Of a stretch of DNA of 64,000 nucleotides, positions 9,293 to 22,660 are shown piece after piece. How positions within the stretch are numbered: the stretch's first letter is position 1; each line of letters begins with the position of its first letter. The DNA is from an uncultured Sedimenticola sp. GTDB taxonomy: Bacteria; Pseudomonadota; Gammaproteobacteria; Chromatiales; Chromatiaceae. The notes under the pieces are model-generated. The model was given only the letters and a program-made list of their open reading frames with translations. It ran no database searches and had not been told where the DNA came from. A program made the position numbers and the translations under genes. The stretch spans positions 10,717 to 74,716 of the forward strand of contig CAZWRE010000156.1 in assembly GCA_964636335.1 (NCBI GenBank), written 5' to 3'.

Positions 9293-10690
9293 ATGTATAC
9301 GTCAGACAAGCCCATCGGTTTCTGGTCGGCGGTTTCCATGGGTATAGGGGCCATGGTGGGCGCGGGCATTTTCGCCCTGCTGGGCGAAGCCAGTGCCATT
9401 TCCGGCAGCGCGGTTTACATCTCCTTCCTCATCGGCGGCATTATCGCCCTGTTCAGCGGCTATTCCCTGGGCAAGCTGGGCGCCCGCTATCCCGCTGCGG
9501 GAGGCATCGTGGAATACCTGAGCCAGGCCTGGGGTTCCGGTTTCTTCACCGGGGCCATGAGCATCATGCTCTACCTGGCGGCCGTGGTATCCCTGAGCCT
9601 CATTGCCAAGGCTTTCGGCAACTATGCCTTCACCTTCCTGCCCGAGGGCACGAATCCCCTGTGGCACCATGCCTTTTCCGTGGGCATCGTGTTGCTGTTC
9701 GTGATCATCAACCTGCGGGGAGCGAAAGACGTGGCCATCTGGGAACGCCTTACCGTGGCCATCAAGTTCGCCGTGCTCACCGGGCTGGCCATTGCCGGCA
9801 TCGTCTATGTCAAGCCGGAACTGCTGTCGCCATCACTGTACCCGCCGGTGAAGGACATCTTCTTCAGCCTGTCCATCACCTTCTTTGCCTATGAAGGCTT
9901 CCGGGTCATCACCAACACGGCGGAGGACATGCCGGATCCGGCGCGTACCCTGCCCAGGGCCATGGCGGCGGCCATCCTGCTGGTCATGCTGCTGTACGTG
10001 GCCGTGGCCTTTGCCGTGTTCGGCAACCTGCCCACGGACAAGGTTATCGCCTCGCGGGACTATGCCCTGGCAGAGGCAGCCCTGCCCATTTTCGGTCACC
10101 TGGGCTTTGTGGTGGTGGCCGTGGCGGCACTCATCTCCACCGCCTCGTCCATCAATGCCAACCTGTACGCGGTGACCAATGTCACCTACCAACTGGCCCG
10201 GGACGGGGAGCTGCCCGCGGCCTTTGGGCAACCCATCGGCCACAGTCGGGAGGGACTGGTCATCAGCGGCCTGTTGGTGATCCTGCTCTCCCTGTTGTTC
10301 GATCTCTCGCAGATCGCCTCCATCGGTTCCATTTCCATCCTCTTTGTGCATGCCATCACTCACCTGGGGCATCTGCGCCTGGCCAGGGAAACCGGCGCCT
10401 CCCGCCTGCTGGTAGGGATTGCGGCCTTGCTGTCCCTGGTGGCCATGGGGCTGGCCCTGATCTACGTCGGCCAGCGCTCGGACACCGTGGTGCAGGTGCT
10501 GGTGGGTTTCGTGGCAGTGGCGGCGGGAATGGAATTCCTGCTACAGACCCTTCATGGTCGCAGGGTGTTGCCCCGTTTGCCAAGAACCGGATTGCAGGGG
10601 CGGGACCGCGCGCCGCAAACAGCCCCGGTGCCACATCAGAATCCACAGGGGGAAGGATGCAATGAGCGCAGTGAATCGGACCATGGATAA
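9293..10690 (+). CDS. APC family amino acid permease
   Basis: GIGAMVGAGIF, FFAYEGF and STASSINA motifs; about 12 TM helices. Confidence 0.9.
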   Translation: MYTSDKPIGFWSAVSMGIGAMVGAGIFALLGEASAISGSAVYISFLIGGIIALFSGYSLGKLGARYPAAGGIVEYLSQAWGSGFFTGAMSIMLYLAAVVSLSLIAKAFGNYAFTFLPEGTNPLWHHAFSVGIVLLFVIINLRGAKDVAIWERLTVAIKFAVLTGLAIAGIVYVKPELLSPSLYPPVKDIFFSLSITFFAYEGFRVITNTAEDMPDPARTLPRAMAAAILLVMLLYVAVAFAVFGNLPTDKVIASRDYALAEAALPIFGHLGFVVVAVAALISTASSINANLYAVTNVTYQLARDGELPAAFGQPIGHSREGLVISGLLVILLSLLFDLSQIASIGSISILFVHAITHLGHLRLARETGASRLLVGIAALLSLVAMGLALIYVGQRSDTVVQVLVGFVAVAAGMEFLLQTLHGRRVLPRLPRTGLQGRDRAPQTAPVPHQNPQGEGCNERSESDHG

Positions 10691-10757
10691 TGATGGCCGT
10701 CACTCAATGGCGCGTTTCGCGATGCTCAACGCACCCTACGATTGGTGTCAAAGGTTC

Positions 10758-12047
10758 TTAGATGATCAACCGCCGCTGGCTGAACAGGAACTCCGCGGCA
10801 ATCACCACGGCATAGATACCGCCTATCCAGTACAGACTATGGGGTGATGACTGCCACAGGTAGGCAAGCAGGGTCGCCCAGGAGGCCAGGGACAGGATGA
10901 GCCCCGTCAGGGAGAGCCAGCCATTGCCTGGAACGGCCTCGCGCAGACGCCAGGCAGACAGGTTGATGGCGGCAAAGATGAGCAGGAAGGTGGAGCTGGC
11001 AAAGGAGGAAATGATGGTCAGATCCGCCAGATTCACGAAGGCCAGGGTACAGGCGGTAATGGCGATGAGGCTCACCCAGGGAATGTCGTTCTGCTTGCGG
11101 CGAAAGCCGAAAACCGCGGGCAGGGCGTCCTCCGTGGCCATGACCATGCCCAGGCGCGCCGTACCGAACATGGTAGCGTTGATGGCCGAGGCCGTGGAGA
11201 ACAGGGCCGCCAGGCCGATGAGCAGGAAGCCGGCTTCCCCCAGGAAGGGTTTGGCGGCTTCCGCCAGGGCATATTCGCCATATTTCCTTATCTCCTCCGG
11301 CAACAGGTTGCCCACGGCCACCAGGGACACCAGCACATAGATGAAGGTGGTGATGGCAATGGACCAGAGAATGCCCCGCCGCAGGTTGCGTTCGGGTGCT
11401 TTCATCTCGTTCACCGCATTGGGAATAAGCTCGAAACCTTCGTAGGCCACAAAGATTAACGCCGCACCCATGATTACCCCAAAGCCACCCTGGTTGAATA
11501 CCGGCAGCAAGTGGTCGCTTTTTACATGGAACAGGCCGATGATGGCGAACAGGCCGAGGATGAGCACCTTGATAGTGACAATGAGCAGCTCGCTGGTGCC
11601 GCTGGCCTTCACCCCATAGAGATTCACGCCCAGGAAGGAAAGCAGTACCAGGGATTCCAGCAGATGGTGCATGGCCGGATTCTGACCGCCGTTGTCTCCC
11701 AGCATGGCCGCGCCATAGACACCAAAGGTGTAGGCGTAGAGCGCCATGGTGCCTACGTAGCCTACCAACAGCAACCAGCCGCCCATGCCCGCCACGTTGC
11801 GGTTGTGGAAGGCCTTTTCCAGGTAGGTGAAGCTGCCACCGTCGGACTGGAAGCGCAGGCCCAGCCGGGCGTAGGACAGTCCCGTAAGCAGGGCGATGAT
11901 GCCCCCCAGGGCAAAGGCGATGGGCGCCGCGTGCCCGGCCTGGGCAATGGCCAGGCCCAGCACCGAGAAAATTCCGCCACCCACCATGCCGCCCACGCCC
12001 ATGGCGATGACTTCCTTGAGATCGAGTTTTTCGCCGTTGTCCGCCAT
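10758..12047 (-). CDS. APC family amino acid permease
   Basis: GVGGMVGGGIF, FVAYEGF and STASAINA motifs; about 12 TM helices. Confidence 0.9.
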   Translation of the reverse strand: MADNGEKLDLKEVIAMGVGGMVGGGIFSVLGLAIAQAGHAAPIAFALGGIIALLTGLSYARLGLRFQSDGGSFTYLEKAFHNRNVAGMGGWLLLVGYVGTMALYAYTFGVYGAAMLGDNGGQNPAMHHLLESLVLLSFLGVNLYGVKASGTSELLIVTIKVLILGLFAIIGLFHVKSDHLLPVFNQGGFGVIMGAALIFVAYEGFELIPNAVNEMKAPERNLRRGILWSIAITTFIYVLVSLVAVGNLLPEEIRKYGEYALAEAAKPFLGEAGFLLIGLAALFSTASAINATMFGTARLGMVMATEDALPAVFGFRRKQNDIPWVSLIAITACTLAFVNLADLTIISSFASSTFLLIFAAINLSAWRLREAVPGNGWLSLTGLILSLASWATLLAYLWQSSPHSLYWIGGIYAVVIAAEFLFSQRRLII

Positions 12048-12170
12048 GAATTACCTGTAACCATTGCAAGGGCGACGCACAGCGTCATTCCCGTAAACAT
12101 TGTGCGGCAAGTCGGTAGCTTGGGCAAAGGAAGGTGTTGACGTGCCTGACATGCTCGTTCATCGGACACG

Positions 12171-12200
12171 CTGTGCCTTGCCCGACCTGCCAAGGCATAG
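12171..12200. terminator. hairpin downstream of ftsH (possible terminator)
   Basis: CTGTGCCTTG-N10-CAAGGCATAG, 9/10 complementary; no clear U-tract. Confidence 0.35.
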
Positions 12201-12208
12201 TGTTGCTC

Positions 12209-14095
12209 CTATGCGGATTGTCCGATGATTTCTTCCACCTCGCTGCCGCTGAGCACTTCCTTTTCCTCCAATCGCCGGGCCAGCCGGTCCAGCAGTTCGC
12301 GCCTGCTGGTGAGAATCTCCGTGGCGCGCTGGTGAGCTTCTTCCACCAGCTTCTTCACTTCCTCGTCGATGAGCCGCGCGGTTTCCTCGCTGTAATTGCG
12401 TTCTTCCTGTTCCTGCCCGGCGAGGAACCGCAACTCCTGGCGCTTGCCCCAGACCAGGGGGCCCAGGCGCTGGCTCATACCCAGACGGGTGACCATGTCC
12501 CGGGCGATGTCCGAGGCCCGTTCCAGATCGTTTGAAGCGCCGCTGGAGCCTTCGCCGAAAACGATTTCCTCTGCCACCCGGCCACCCAGGAGTATGGCCA
12601 GCTGATCCTTGAGCTCCTGTTCCGTGGACAGGAACTTCTCTTCCACGGGTAGTTGCAGGGTGTAGCCCAGGGCCGCCACGCCGCGGGGGATGATGGATAC
12701 CTTGTGCACCGGCTCTCCCGTGGGCACGGTTTCCGCCACCAGGGCGTGGCCGGACTCGTGGAAGGCGACCCGGTGGCGGTCGTCAGCGTTGAGGGTGCGG
12801 TGCTTCTTCTCCGGTCCGGCGATGACCCGGTCAATGGCTGCCTCGAAGTCCTTCATGTTGACCTGGTCGTGATCCTGGCGCACGGCGCGGATGGCCGCCT
12901 CGTTGCAGATGTTCTCCAGATCCGCGCCCACGAAACCGGGGGTGCGCTGGGCCACCACGTGGAGATCCACGTCCGGGGCCAGTTTCAGCTTGCGGGCGTG
13001 CAGGCGCAGGATCTGCTCCCGTGCTTCCAGGTCCGGTTTGTCCACCAGGATCTGCCGGTCGAAACGTCCCGCCCGCAGCAAGGCCTTGTCCAGTATCTCC
13101 GGCCGGTTGGTGGCGGCCATGACCACCACACCGGTGGATGGATCAAAACCATCCATTTCCGTGAGCAGCTGGTTGAGGGTCTGTTCGCGTTCGTCGTGAC
13201 CTCCCATGACGGGGCCTGCTCCCCGGGCCCGGCCGATGGCGTCCAGTTCATCAATAAAAATGATGCAGGGGGCCTTTTCCCGGGCCTGTTCGAACATTTC
13301 CCGCACCCGGGCCGCGCCCACGCCAACGAACATCTCGATGAACTCGGACCCGCTGATGTTGAAGAAGGGCACCCCCGCCTCTCCGGCCACGGCCCGGGCC
13401 ATGAGGGTCTTTCCCGTGCCTGGTGGTCCCACCAGCAGCACGCCCTTGGGCATGCGACCACCCAGGCGCTGGATCTTCTGGGGGTTCTTAAGGAACTCGA
13501 TGGTCTCGCGCAGCTCTTCCTTGGCTTCCTCGTTGCCCGCCACGTCATCGAAGGTCACCCGCGGCAGGGAATCGGGATGGATGTGAACCTTGTTGCCGAT
13601 GTTCAGAAAGCCCTTGCTCATGTTGCCCATGCGCTGGGCCATCCAGCCCCAGAGCAGGAACAGCAGGCCGAAGGGCAGCACCCAGTTCATGAAGAAATTG
13701 CCCAGCCAGTTGCTGCCGCGCCGGTACACGTACTTGACGCCGTTCTCCTCCAGCAAGGTGGCCAGATCCAGGTTCCACAGGGGGGTGGTGATGAACTTCT
13801 TCGGTTGCAGGGTTTTCTCGTCCTGCACCGTGAGGGTGCCGTAGATGACCTTTTCCGTGATCACGGCGTCCTTCACTTCCTTGTTCTTCACGTGTTGCAG
13901 GAACTCGGAGTAGGGAATCTCGATCTGTTTTGCCTGCTCGTAACCCTGCCAGATCTGGAAGGACAGAAAGATGAACAGCAGGTACATGATGAAGTTGAAG
14001 CCCGGGCTCTGCCAGAACTTCGGGCTGCTGGTCCTGTTGATCTCGATGTCGGGTTTCCGGTTACCGCCGCCCAGGGAGAAATTGTTCTGATTCAT
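12209..14095 (-). CDS. ftsH: ATP-dependent zinc metalloprotease FtsH (probably an accessory paralog)
   Basis: [14 protein letters not shown], the SRH motif [20 protein letters not shown] and the HESGH zinc motif; two N-terminal TM segments; GAGGAG RBS before ATG 14095. Confidence 0.95.
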   Translation of the reverse strand: MNQNNFSLGGGNRKPDIEINRTSSPKFWQSPGFNFIMYLLFIFLSFQIWQGYEQAKQIEIPYSEFLQHVKNKEVKDAVITEKVIYGTLTVQDEKTLQPKKFITTPLWNLDLATLLEENGVKYVYRRGSNWLGNFFMNWVLPFGLLFLLWGWMAQRMGNMSKGFLNIGNKVHIHPDSLPRVTFDDVAGNEEAKEELRETIEFLKNPQKIQRLGGRMPKGVLLVGPPGTGKTLMARAVAGEAGVPFFNISGSEFIEMFVGVGAARVREMFEQAREKAPCIIFIDELDAIGRARGAGPVMGGHDEREQTLNQLLTEMDGFDPSTGVVVMAATNRPEILDKALLRAGRFDRQILVDKPDLEAREQILRLHARKLKLAPDVDLHVVAQRTPGFVGADLENICNEAAIRAVRQDHDQVNMKDFEAAIDRVIAGPEKKHRTLNADDRHRVAFHESGHALVAETVPTGEPVHKVSIIPRGVAALGYTLQLPVEEKFLSTEQELKDQLAILLGGRVAEEIVFGEGSSGASNDLERASDIARDMVTRLGMSQRLGPLVWGKRQELRFLAGQEQEERNYSEETARLIDEEVKKLVEEAHQRATEILTSRRELLDRLARRLEEKEVLSGSEVEEIIGQSA

Positions 14096-14440
14096 GTTGC
14101 CTGACTCCTCGTTCCTTCTTTTGTGTTCATGGTGACACAAGATGGGGGTGGATGCTGGAAATCACAAGTTTTTGCTGTGCGGGCCGGGTCTGTGGTTTCT
14201 CGGTGGGCCGGGTCTCGGGTATCATGAGCGGAATTTTTCTCGATCAAGGAAGTTGTCAATAGGTTTGAGCGAAGCAGATCGGGATTCAAGGTGTTCCGAT
14301 ACCAGGCGCAAGTCGCATGCAATAGCGGGGCTATGGCGAAGACTTGCAACACAGTATCGGGGTACTTTGGGCCCGGGATGCGGGTTCATGACGTGTTCGG
14401 AGCTTCCTTGACTTTCTAGACATCTGAATCCGGAGCCTTC

Positions 14441-14980
14441 ATGAAACATTCTGTCCTTTGTGCCTGCGCCCTGTCTGTCCTGTCCATGTCCCCGGCCTGG
14501 GCCGGGAAACTGAAAATCGACAATCCCGGTTTCGAGGCTTCCGGAGTAAAACCCGTGGGCTGGACCATGTTGCAGCATGCCGGCGCCGCAGCCTATGAAA
14601 CCGCCATCGATGACAAGGTGTTCAAGGAAGGCAAGCACAGCTTCAGCATGAAACGGAAGAAGAAGCAGGTATTCGGGCTCCTGCGGCAGATCGTCGAGCT
14701 GCCAAAGGACAAGAAGGGAAAGAAACTGCGCTTTTCCGCCATGCTCCGTACAGAAAAAGTCGGCAAGGGTGGCTGGGGCCTGGTGGTCAATTTTCTGGCG
14801 ACTCCCGATGGCAGAATCATATCCCAGGCACGCTCAAAGCCGGTCAGGGGAGATACCGGCTGGACACGTGTTGAGATTGTCGAACCCATCCCCCAGGGAA
14901 CCGGGAAGCTGTCCATCGGTGTGATGCTGCTGGATGAGGGAAAGGGGTGGATAGACGATGTGAAGTTGAGCGTCGAGTAG
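14441..14980 (+). CDS. secreted Lys-rich protein with a galactose-binding/CBM-like beta-sandwich
   Basis: Signal peptide ending AWA; IDNPGFE start, GDTGWT and GKGWIDDVKL end typical of CBM4/9-like domains. Confidence 0.65.
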   Translation: MKHSVLCACALSVLSMSPAWAGKLKIDNPGFEASGVKPVGWTMLQHAGAAAYETAIDDKVFKEGKHSFSMKRKKKQVFGLLRQIVELPKDKKGKKLRFSAMLRTEKVGKGGWGLVVNFLATPDGRIISQARSKPVRGDTGWTRVEIVEPIPQGTGKLSIGVMLLDEGKGWIDDVKLSVE

Positions 14981-15161
14981 TGGGGGGCGCTTCCGGCTTT
15001 CCCTGGCGATTGTCAAAACAGGCAAGACATGGCATGGTGTTGTTCAGTACGGGAATGCGTGGATATCATCGGGCATCTTTACCAAAACACGGGATTTCTT
15101 CAGATTCTTATCTGCCTGAATGATGGGGAAACCATGGTTATCGCAAAATCGAGGACGAGAA

Positions 15162-15971
15162 ATGACCAATAAACACATTTCCCCAAGACTCCTGTCTTCC
15201 GCCCTTTGTGGAAGCATGCTGCTGAGCACAGCGGCGCAGGCTGATGGCACCCTGTCGGATGACTGGCAATACAAGGCGGCAATCTACCTGTGGGGTGCGA
15301 GCATCGGCGGTGATACCACCGTACAAAGTGATGCCCAGGATGCCATTTCCCAAGCAGATCTGGGTATTTCCTTCGATAACCTGCTGGACAACCTCGACAT
15401 GGCCTTCATGGGTTCCTTCGAAGCCCGCAAGGGCAAATGGTCTATCATCACGGATCTGCTTTACCTCGACATCTCGGCGGGTAACAGAAACAAGATCGGC
15501 CTGCCCACGGAGCCGCCCATACGCTTGAACACCAGGACCAAACTGGATCTGAGCGGCTGGGTGTTGCAGGCAGCCGGCGGTTACAATCTGATCTCGGATG
15601 AACGCTCTTCCTTCGACGTTCTTGTCGGCGCCCGGTATTTTGAACTGGATACGGGTTTCTCCGCCGACCTGTCCCTGTTGAATCGCGAACGTGAGTACAA
15701 GGCCTCCGCCTCCGGAAGTGTGCTGGACGCCTTCATTGGCATGAAGGGTAGCTATGCACTGGCGCCGAACTGGACGGTTCTGTATTACGCCGATCTGGGT
15801 GCGGGCCAGTCTGATTTCACCTGGCAGGCAAACGGGGGAATATCCTACAAGGCAACGAAGCACGTGGATGTTGCCTTGACCTACCGGCACCTGGAATGGG
15901 ACATCGGAGGAGACGGACTGGATAACATGAACTTCAGCGGCCCACTTCTGGGCGTGATTTTCAACTGGTGA
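15162..15971 (+). CDS. putative outer-membrane beta-barrel protein
   Basis: Signal peptide, alternating amphipathic strands, C-terminal SGPLLGVIFNW ending in an aromatic residue. Confidence 0.7.
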   Translation: MTNKHISPRLLSSALCGSMLLSTAAQADGTLSDDWQYKAAIYLWGASIGGDTTVQSDAQDAISQADLGISFDNLLDNLDMAFMGSFEARKGKWSIITDLLYLDISAGNRNKIGLPTEPPIRLNTRTKLDLSGWVLQAAGGYNLISDERSSFDVLVGARYFELDTGFSADLSLLNREREYKASASGSVLDAFIGMKGSYALAPNWTVLYYADLGAGQSDFTWQANGGISYKATKHVDVALTYRHLEWDIGGDGLDNMNFSGPLLGVIFNW

Positions 15972-16167
15972 AACCGCTGCCCCGGTTTCCTTCGCGGAGG
16001 CACGGGACAACGGCTTTCGTTACGACATGTGGAAGAACCTCAGTACATGAGTTTACCTGCCCATGACGTTCACCGATCCATGCCGGTTTCTGCTGTATGA
16101 TCTGAAGGACGTGCCCAAGCACGACAAAGATGCCCAGCGACAATCCGAAGATCTTGCTGTTGTCGAT

Positions 16168-17226
16168 TCATGACCCGCCTCGCAAGGCGCCAAGCAGCCC
16201 GCGTCCCAGGGGGCGCACGGCCATGATCAACAGTAGCACGCCACTGGCAGCCGCCAGCCATGGAGGCAGCACTTCACCGCCGCTTTCCAGTTCCGCCACC
16301 ATATCGATATCCAGGACATTAACCAGCGTGTCGGTGACGATTCCCAGACCCACGCTGGTCAGGCTGATGCCCAGCAGATAGACGATGGTGGCTGCCCGTC
16401 CCATTTCCTTGTGTATGACGCCGATGGTGGCGATGTTGGTGGCCGGGCCGGCCAGGAGAAACACCAGCACCGTGCCGGGAGAGATGCCGGCCAGCAGCAG
16501 TCCCGCCGCCACGGGGGTGGATGCCGTGGCGCAGACATAGACGGGAATGCCGGCCAGCAGCATGAGCAGCTTGGCATCCAGACCGCTGCCCCATTCGGCC
16601 ATGGCCAGGGGAGGAATCAGCACGGCCATGAGGGCCGCGAGCAGCAGACCGATAACCAGCCATAGCACCAGGTCATCCAGAATGTCGGTAAAGGCATGGA
16701 CGATACCTTGCCAGGTATTCTTCAGGAATCCCACCGGCTCCGGTTCGGCTTCACTACAGCAGCTTCCGCCTGTGCAGCACCCGGAAGCTGGCATGTCCTC
16801 CACGGAAAGCAGGGGCCGGGCGGGTTCATGAATGAACAGGCCCAGAAAACCCGTGAATATGGCGCTGAAGATGGCGGCAATGGGACGGACCACGGCCATG
16901 AAAGGGCCCAGCAGGGCATAGGACAGTGCAATGGAATCCGGTCCTGTTTCCGGTGTGGAAATGAGAAAGGACAGGGTGGGGCCTGGAGAGGCCCCCGCCC
17001 GGCGCAGTCCCAGGGCAGCGGGCAGCACCCCACAGGAACAAAGGGGCAGGGGGGCGCCAATGAAGGCCGCCTTTGTCACGGCCCACAGGTCGTTGCCGCC
17101 CAGCCAGCGATTCAGGCGCTCCGCGGGCAGCCAGGCCTTGATGAGCCCGGCAGCCACCAGACCCAGTACCAGCCAGGGCGCGGCATCCAGGTAGAGATCC
17201 AGCAGATTGTTCAAGAAGCTGGTCAT
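16168..17226 (-). CDS. SO_0444/ArsP-like (DUF318) metal efflux permease
   Basis: PLPLCSCGVLP, FLISTPETGPDS, YVCATASTP and FLLAGPATN motifs; Cys-rich loop. Confidence 0.88.
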   Translation of the reverse strand: MTSFLNNLLDLYLDAAPWLVLGLVAAGLIKAWLPAERLNRWLGGNDLWAVTKAAFIGAPLPLCSCGVLPAALGLRRAGASPGPTLSFLISTPETGPDSIALSYALLGPFMAVVRPIAAIFSAIFTGFLGLFIHEPARPLLSVEDMPASGCCTGGSCCSEAEPEPVGFLKNTWQGIVHAFTDILDDLVLWLVIGLLLAALMAVLIPPLAMAEWGSGLDAKLLMLLAGIPVYVCATASTPVAAGLLLAGISPGTVLVFLLAGPATNIATIGVIHKEMGRAATIVYLLGISLTSVGLGIVTDTLVNVLDIDMVAELESGGEVLPPWLAAASGVLLLIMAVRPLGRGLLGALRGGS

Positions 17227-17283
17227 GCTTTCATCAATTTCCTGACAATAATCGCAGGAGCGGTGCAAAGCGCTGCTCCTGCC

Positions 17284-20472
<3,189 letters not shown>

Positions 20473-20486
20473 GATTCAGCTCCTCA

Positions 20487-21671
20487 TCAATGGTTGTGCA
20501 CGGCGAAACCGGATTTGGCCAGTTCCGACTGTACGAAGAAGGCCCCTTGCACCACCACGGGGGTGCCTTCCGGCAGGCCCCTGATGATGGCGATGCCGGG
20601 AAGCTGGCGTACCAGCTCCACTTCCACTGGCTCAAATTCGCCCGGTTCCTTTTCCACGAATACCTGCCAGTCTCCGTCGGGGCTGCGCAGCACGGCGTTG
20701 GTGGGCAGGGAGATGGCCGGTTGCACCGACGTTCCGACCTGGATGCGGGTGGCGACGAACTGGCCGGGATGCAGGTGGTCGCCGGGGTTGGGAATCTCCA
20801 GGCGCACGCTCATGGTGCGGGTGGTCTCGTCCATGGCGTGATGAATCTGCACGACCTTGCCCGGCATCCATTGATCGGCGGCCAGAATGCGTGCCCCGGC
20901 ACCGGGTTTCACCCTGGACATGACGCCGGGGTTGACTCGCGCCTCCACCCAGATGCTGGATTCGTCGGTGATCTCGAACAGCAGGTCACCGGGTTCCACC
21001 ATCTGGCCAATGATGAAGTTGTCCCGGATTACCGTGCCATCCTGGGGAGAGAGCAGGGTAAAGCTGCCATCGGCACTGGTGATGCTGGTGTTGCGCACCA
21101 GTCGTTTCACCTGGTCGGCAGTCATGCCGTAGGCCAACAGGCGCGCCCGGGCCTGCTGCCAGGCCACGCGGGCTTCCAGGAAACGCTGCTCCGAAACCAC
21201 CTGCTTGCCCAGCTTGCTCACCCGCTGCCAGTCCTTGTAGGCCACCAGGGCGGTTCCCTGGGCTTCGGCCATTTCGGCGCTGGACAAGGTGACCAGTTGC
21301 TGATTCTCGCGCACCACTTCTCCGAGTCGGGCATGGCGGGCCATCACCTGGGCCTCGATACGGGGCGTCACCTGGCTGGTGGCGTAGGCATTGAGCTGCA
21401 CCTCCCCGGGAGCTTCGATTTCTTCAGCCAGTGGTCGGGCGGCCAGGGGTTCCACCCTGATGCCGGCCATTTCCATCTGGGTCTTGTTCAGTTTGACGAG
21501 GTTTTCTTCCTCGCCATGTCCATGTTCATCTTCGCCGTGTTCATCGTGGGTGGATGCTTGTTCCTTGTGATCGTGTTCTGCCTGGTGTTCGTGATCGTCC
21601 CGTGCAGCATGCGCGGGCAGACTCAGGCTCAGGGCCAGCAGAAGGGAATAGCGGGTGATTTTCTTGTTCAT
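20487..21671 (-). CDS. czcB: CzcB-like RND periplasmic adaptor with His-rich N-terminus
   Basis: Signal peptide, HEHQAEHDH...HGEDEHGH, DETTRT and LHPGQF; directly upstream of czcA. Confidence 0.9.
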   Translation of the reverse strand: MNKKITRYSLLLALSLSLPAHAARDDHEHQAEHDHKEQASTHDEHGEDEHGHGEEENLVKLNKTQMEMAGIRVEPLAARPLAEEIEAPGEVQLNAYATSQVTPRIEAQVMARHARLGEVVRENQQLVTLSSAEMAEAQGTALVAYKDWQRVSKLGKQVVSEQRFLEARVAWQQARARLLAYGMTADQVKRLVRNTSITSADGSFTLLSPQDGTVIRDNFIIGQMVEPGDLLFEITDESSIWVEARVNPGVMSRVKPGAGARILAADQWMPGKVVQIHHAMDETTRTMSVRLEIPNPGDHLHPGQFVATRIQVGTSVQPAISLPTNAVLRSPDGDWQVFVEKEPGEFEPVEVELVRQLPGIAIIRGLPEGTPVVVQGAFFVQSELAKSGFAVHNH

Positions 21672-22096
21672 GATGCGTTGCTCTTGTCGTTTCTGTTCAA
21701 CCAGGCTTCCAGGGAATTGGAAGCACCCAGCCACTCGACCCATGCGCGCCAGAGCTCGCCTTGCAGCCCGGCGCCGGCAATCTGCGTGTTCAGGGTCTGT
21801 TGTAACTGCAGAAGGTAGTCGGTAGTGCTCATTTCACCGGATCGCCACAGGGTTTCCAGCAGTTCGGCGCGCTGGCGCAGACTGTCCTGGCCCAGGGAAA
21901 TCCATTGTTGCCAGGCCCTGGTAATGACGTTGTAACCGGCATGTGCGGCCTGGATCTCCGGGGTGGCGGCCATGGCATGGCGAACGATGTCGTCGCTATA
22001 GACCGACAAATCCGGTGGCGTTGCCTGGCTTTGAAAACTGCCCGCAAGCAAGGTGCAGGTCAGCAGGCCCATGCGGGCGTGGCTCGAATACTTCAT
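21668..22096 (-). pseudogene. czcC: CzcC/TolC-family outer-membrane factor with a large in-frame internal deletion
   Basis: Only 142 aa: signal peptide and first helix (AMAATPEIQAAHA) joined to a C-terminal TolC-like segment (LLETLWRSGEMSTTDYLLQLQQTL); stop overlaps the czcB ATG. Confidence 0.72.
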
Positions 22097-22185
22097 GATC
22101 TGTTTTCCGTGAAGCTTGATGACGGCAGCCGGACAATCCGTCCATTCCGGACGGGCTGACGCTCAGCTGCATGAACTGGCGGAAA

Positions 22186-22497
22186 TCAGATGGATATGGG
22201 AGGGCGCAGCAGGGAAGGTGGCGAGAGGGAATTGAAGGAGACGCGATAGGTGCTGGCCAGCACCTTGCCGCCTTCGTGAATATTGAAGCAGGGAACAGTG
22301 TTCAGGCCGAGAAGGTGGCTGACACCATGGCTGCAGTGGTGACAACCGGCGTCATCATGGGAGCCGTTGTCGTCGCCTGCATTATCCAGGCTGATGCCGA
22401 TGTCGGCAGACAGTTCTCCATGCACGTCAGCAGCCAGCGCCATACCGTATCCGAATATGGAGAGCATGAGCCAGACGAGGATGAAGCGACGCAGCAT
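22186..22497 (-). CDS. small exported His/Cys-containing metal-binding protein (CzcI-like position)
   Basis: Signal peptide, HDDAGCHHCSHGVSH and C-terminal LLRPP; first gene of the czc operon. Confidence 0.65.
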   Translation of the reverse strand: MLRRFILVWLMLSIFGYGMALAADVHGELSADIGISLDNAGDDNGSHDDAGCHHCSHGVSHLLGLNTVPCFNIHEGGKVLASTYRVSFNSLSPPSLLRPPISI

Positions 22498-22660
22498 GGA
22501 GGCACCAGGGTTGAATCCGTGGCTCGAATCTACAGGAATCCCGTCGATGATGCAATTCTCATGGGCCAGCGGCAATGGTGCTTTAGTAACGCACGGGGAT
22601 TGGTTAAACTCCCGTCACCCGAACCACTGATATCCAATCAACAACAATTCAGGATCCACG

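Noticed and set aside
14181..14213. Direct repeat GGGCCGGGTCT x2 upstream of ftsH
   Set aside because: Two short GC-rich copies only; no array or spacer structure
14334..14348. sigma54-like TGGCGAAGACTTGCA (similar near-matches at ~12192 and ~26845)
   Set aside because: GG-to-GC spacing is 9 or 11 rather than the required 10
21490..21600. His-rich low-complexity stretch in czcB, and the His/acidic loop in czcA
   Set aside because: Ordinary feature of Czc-type proteins
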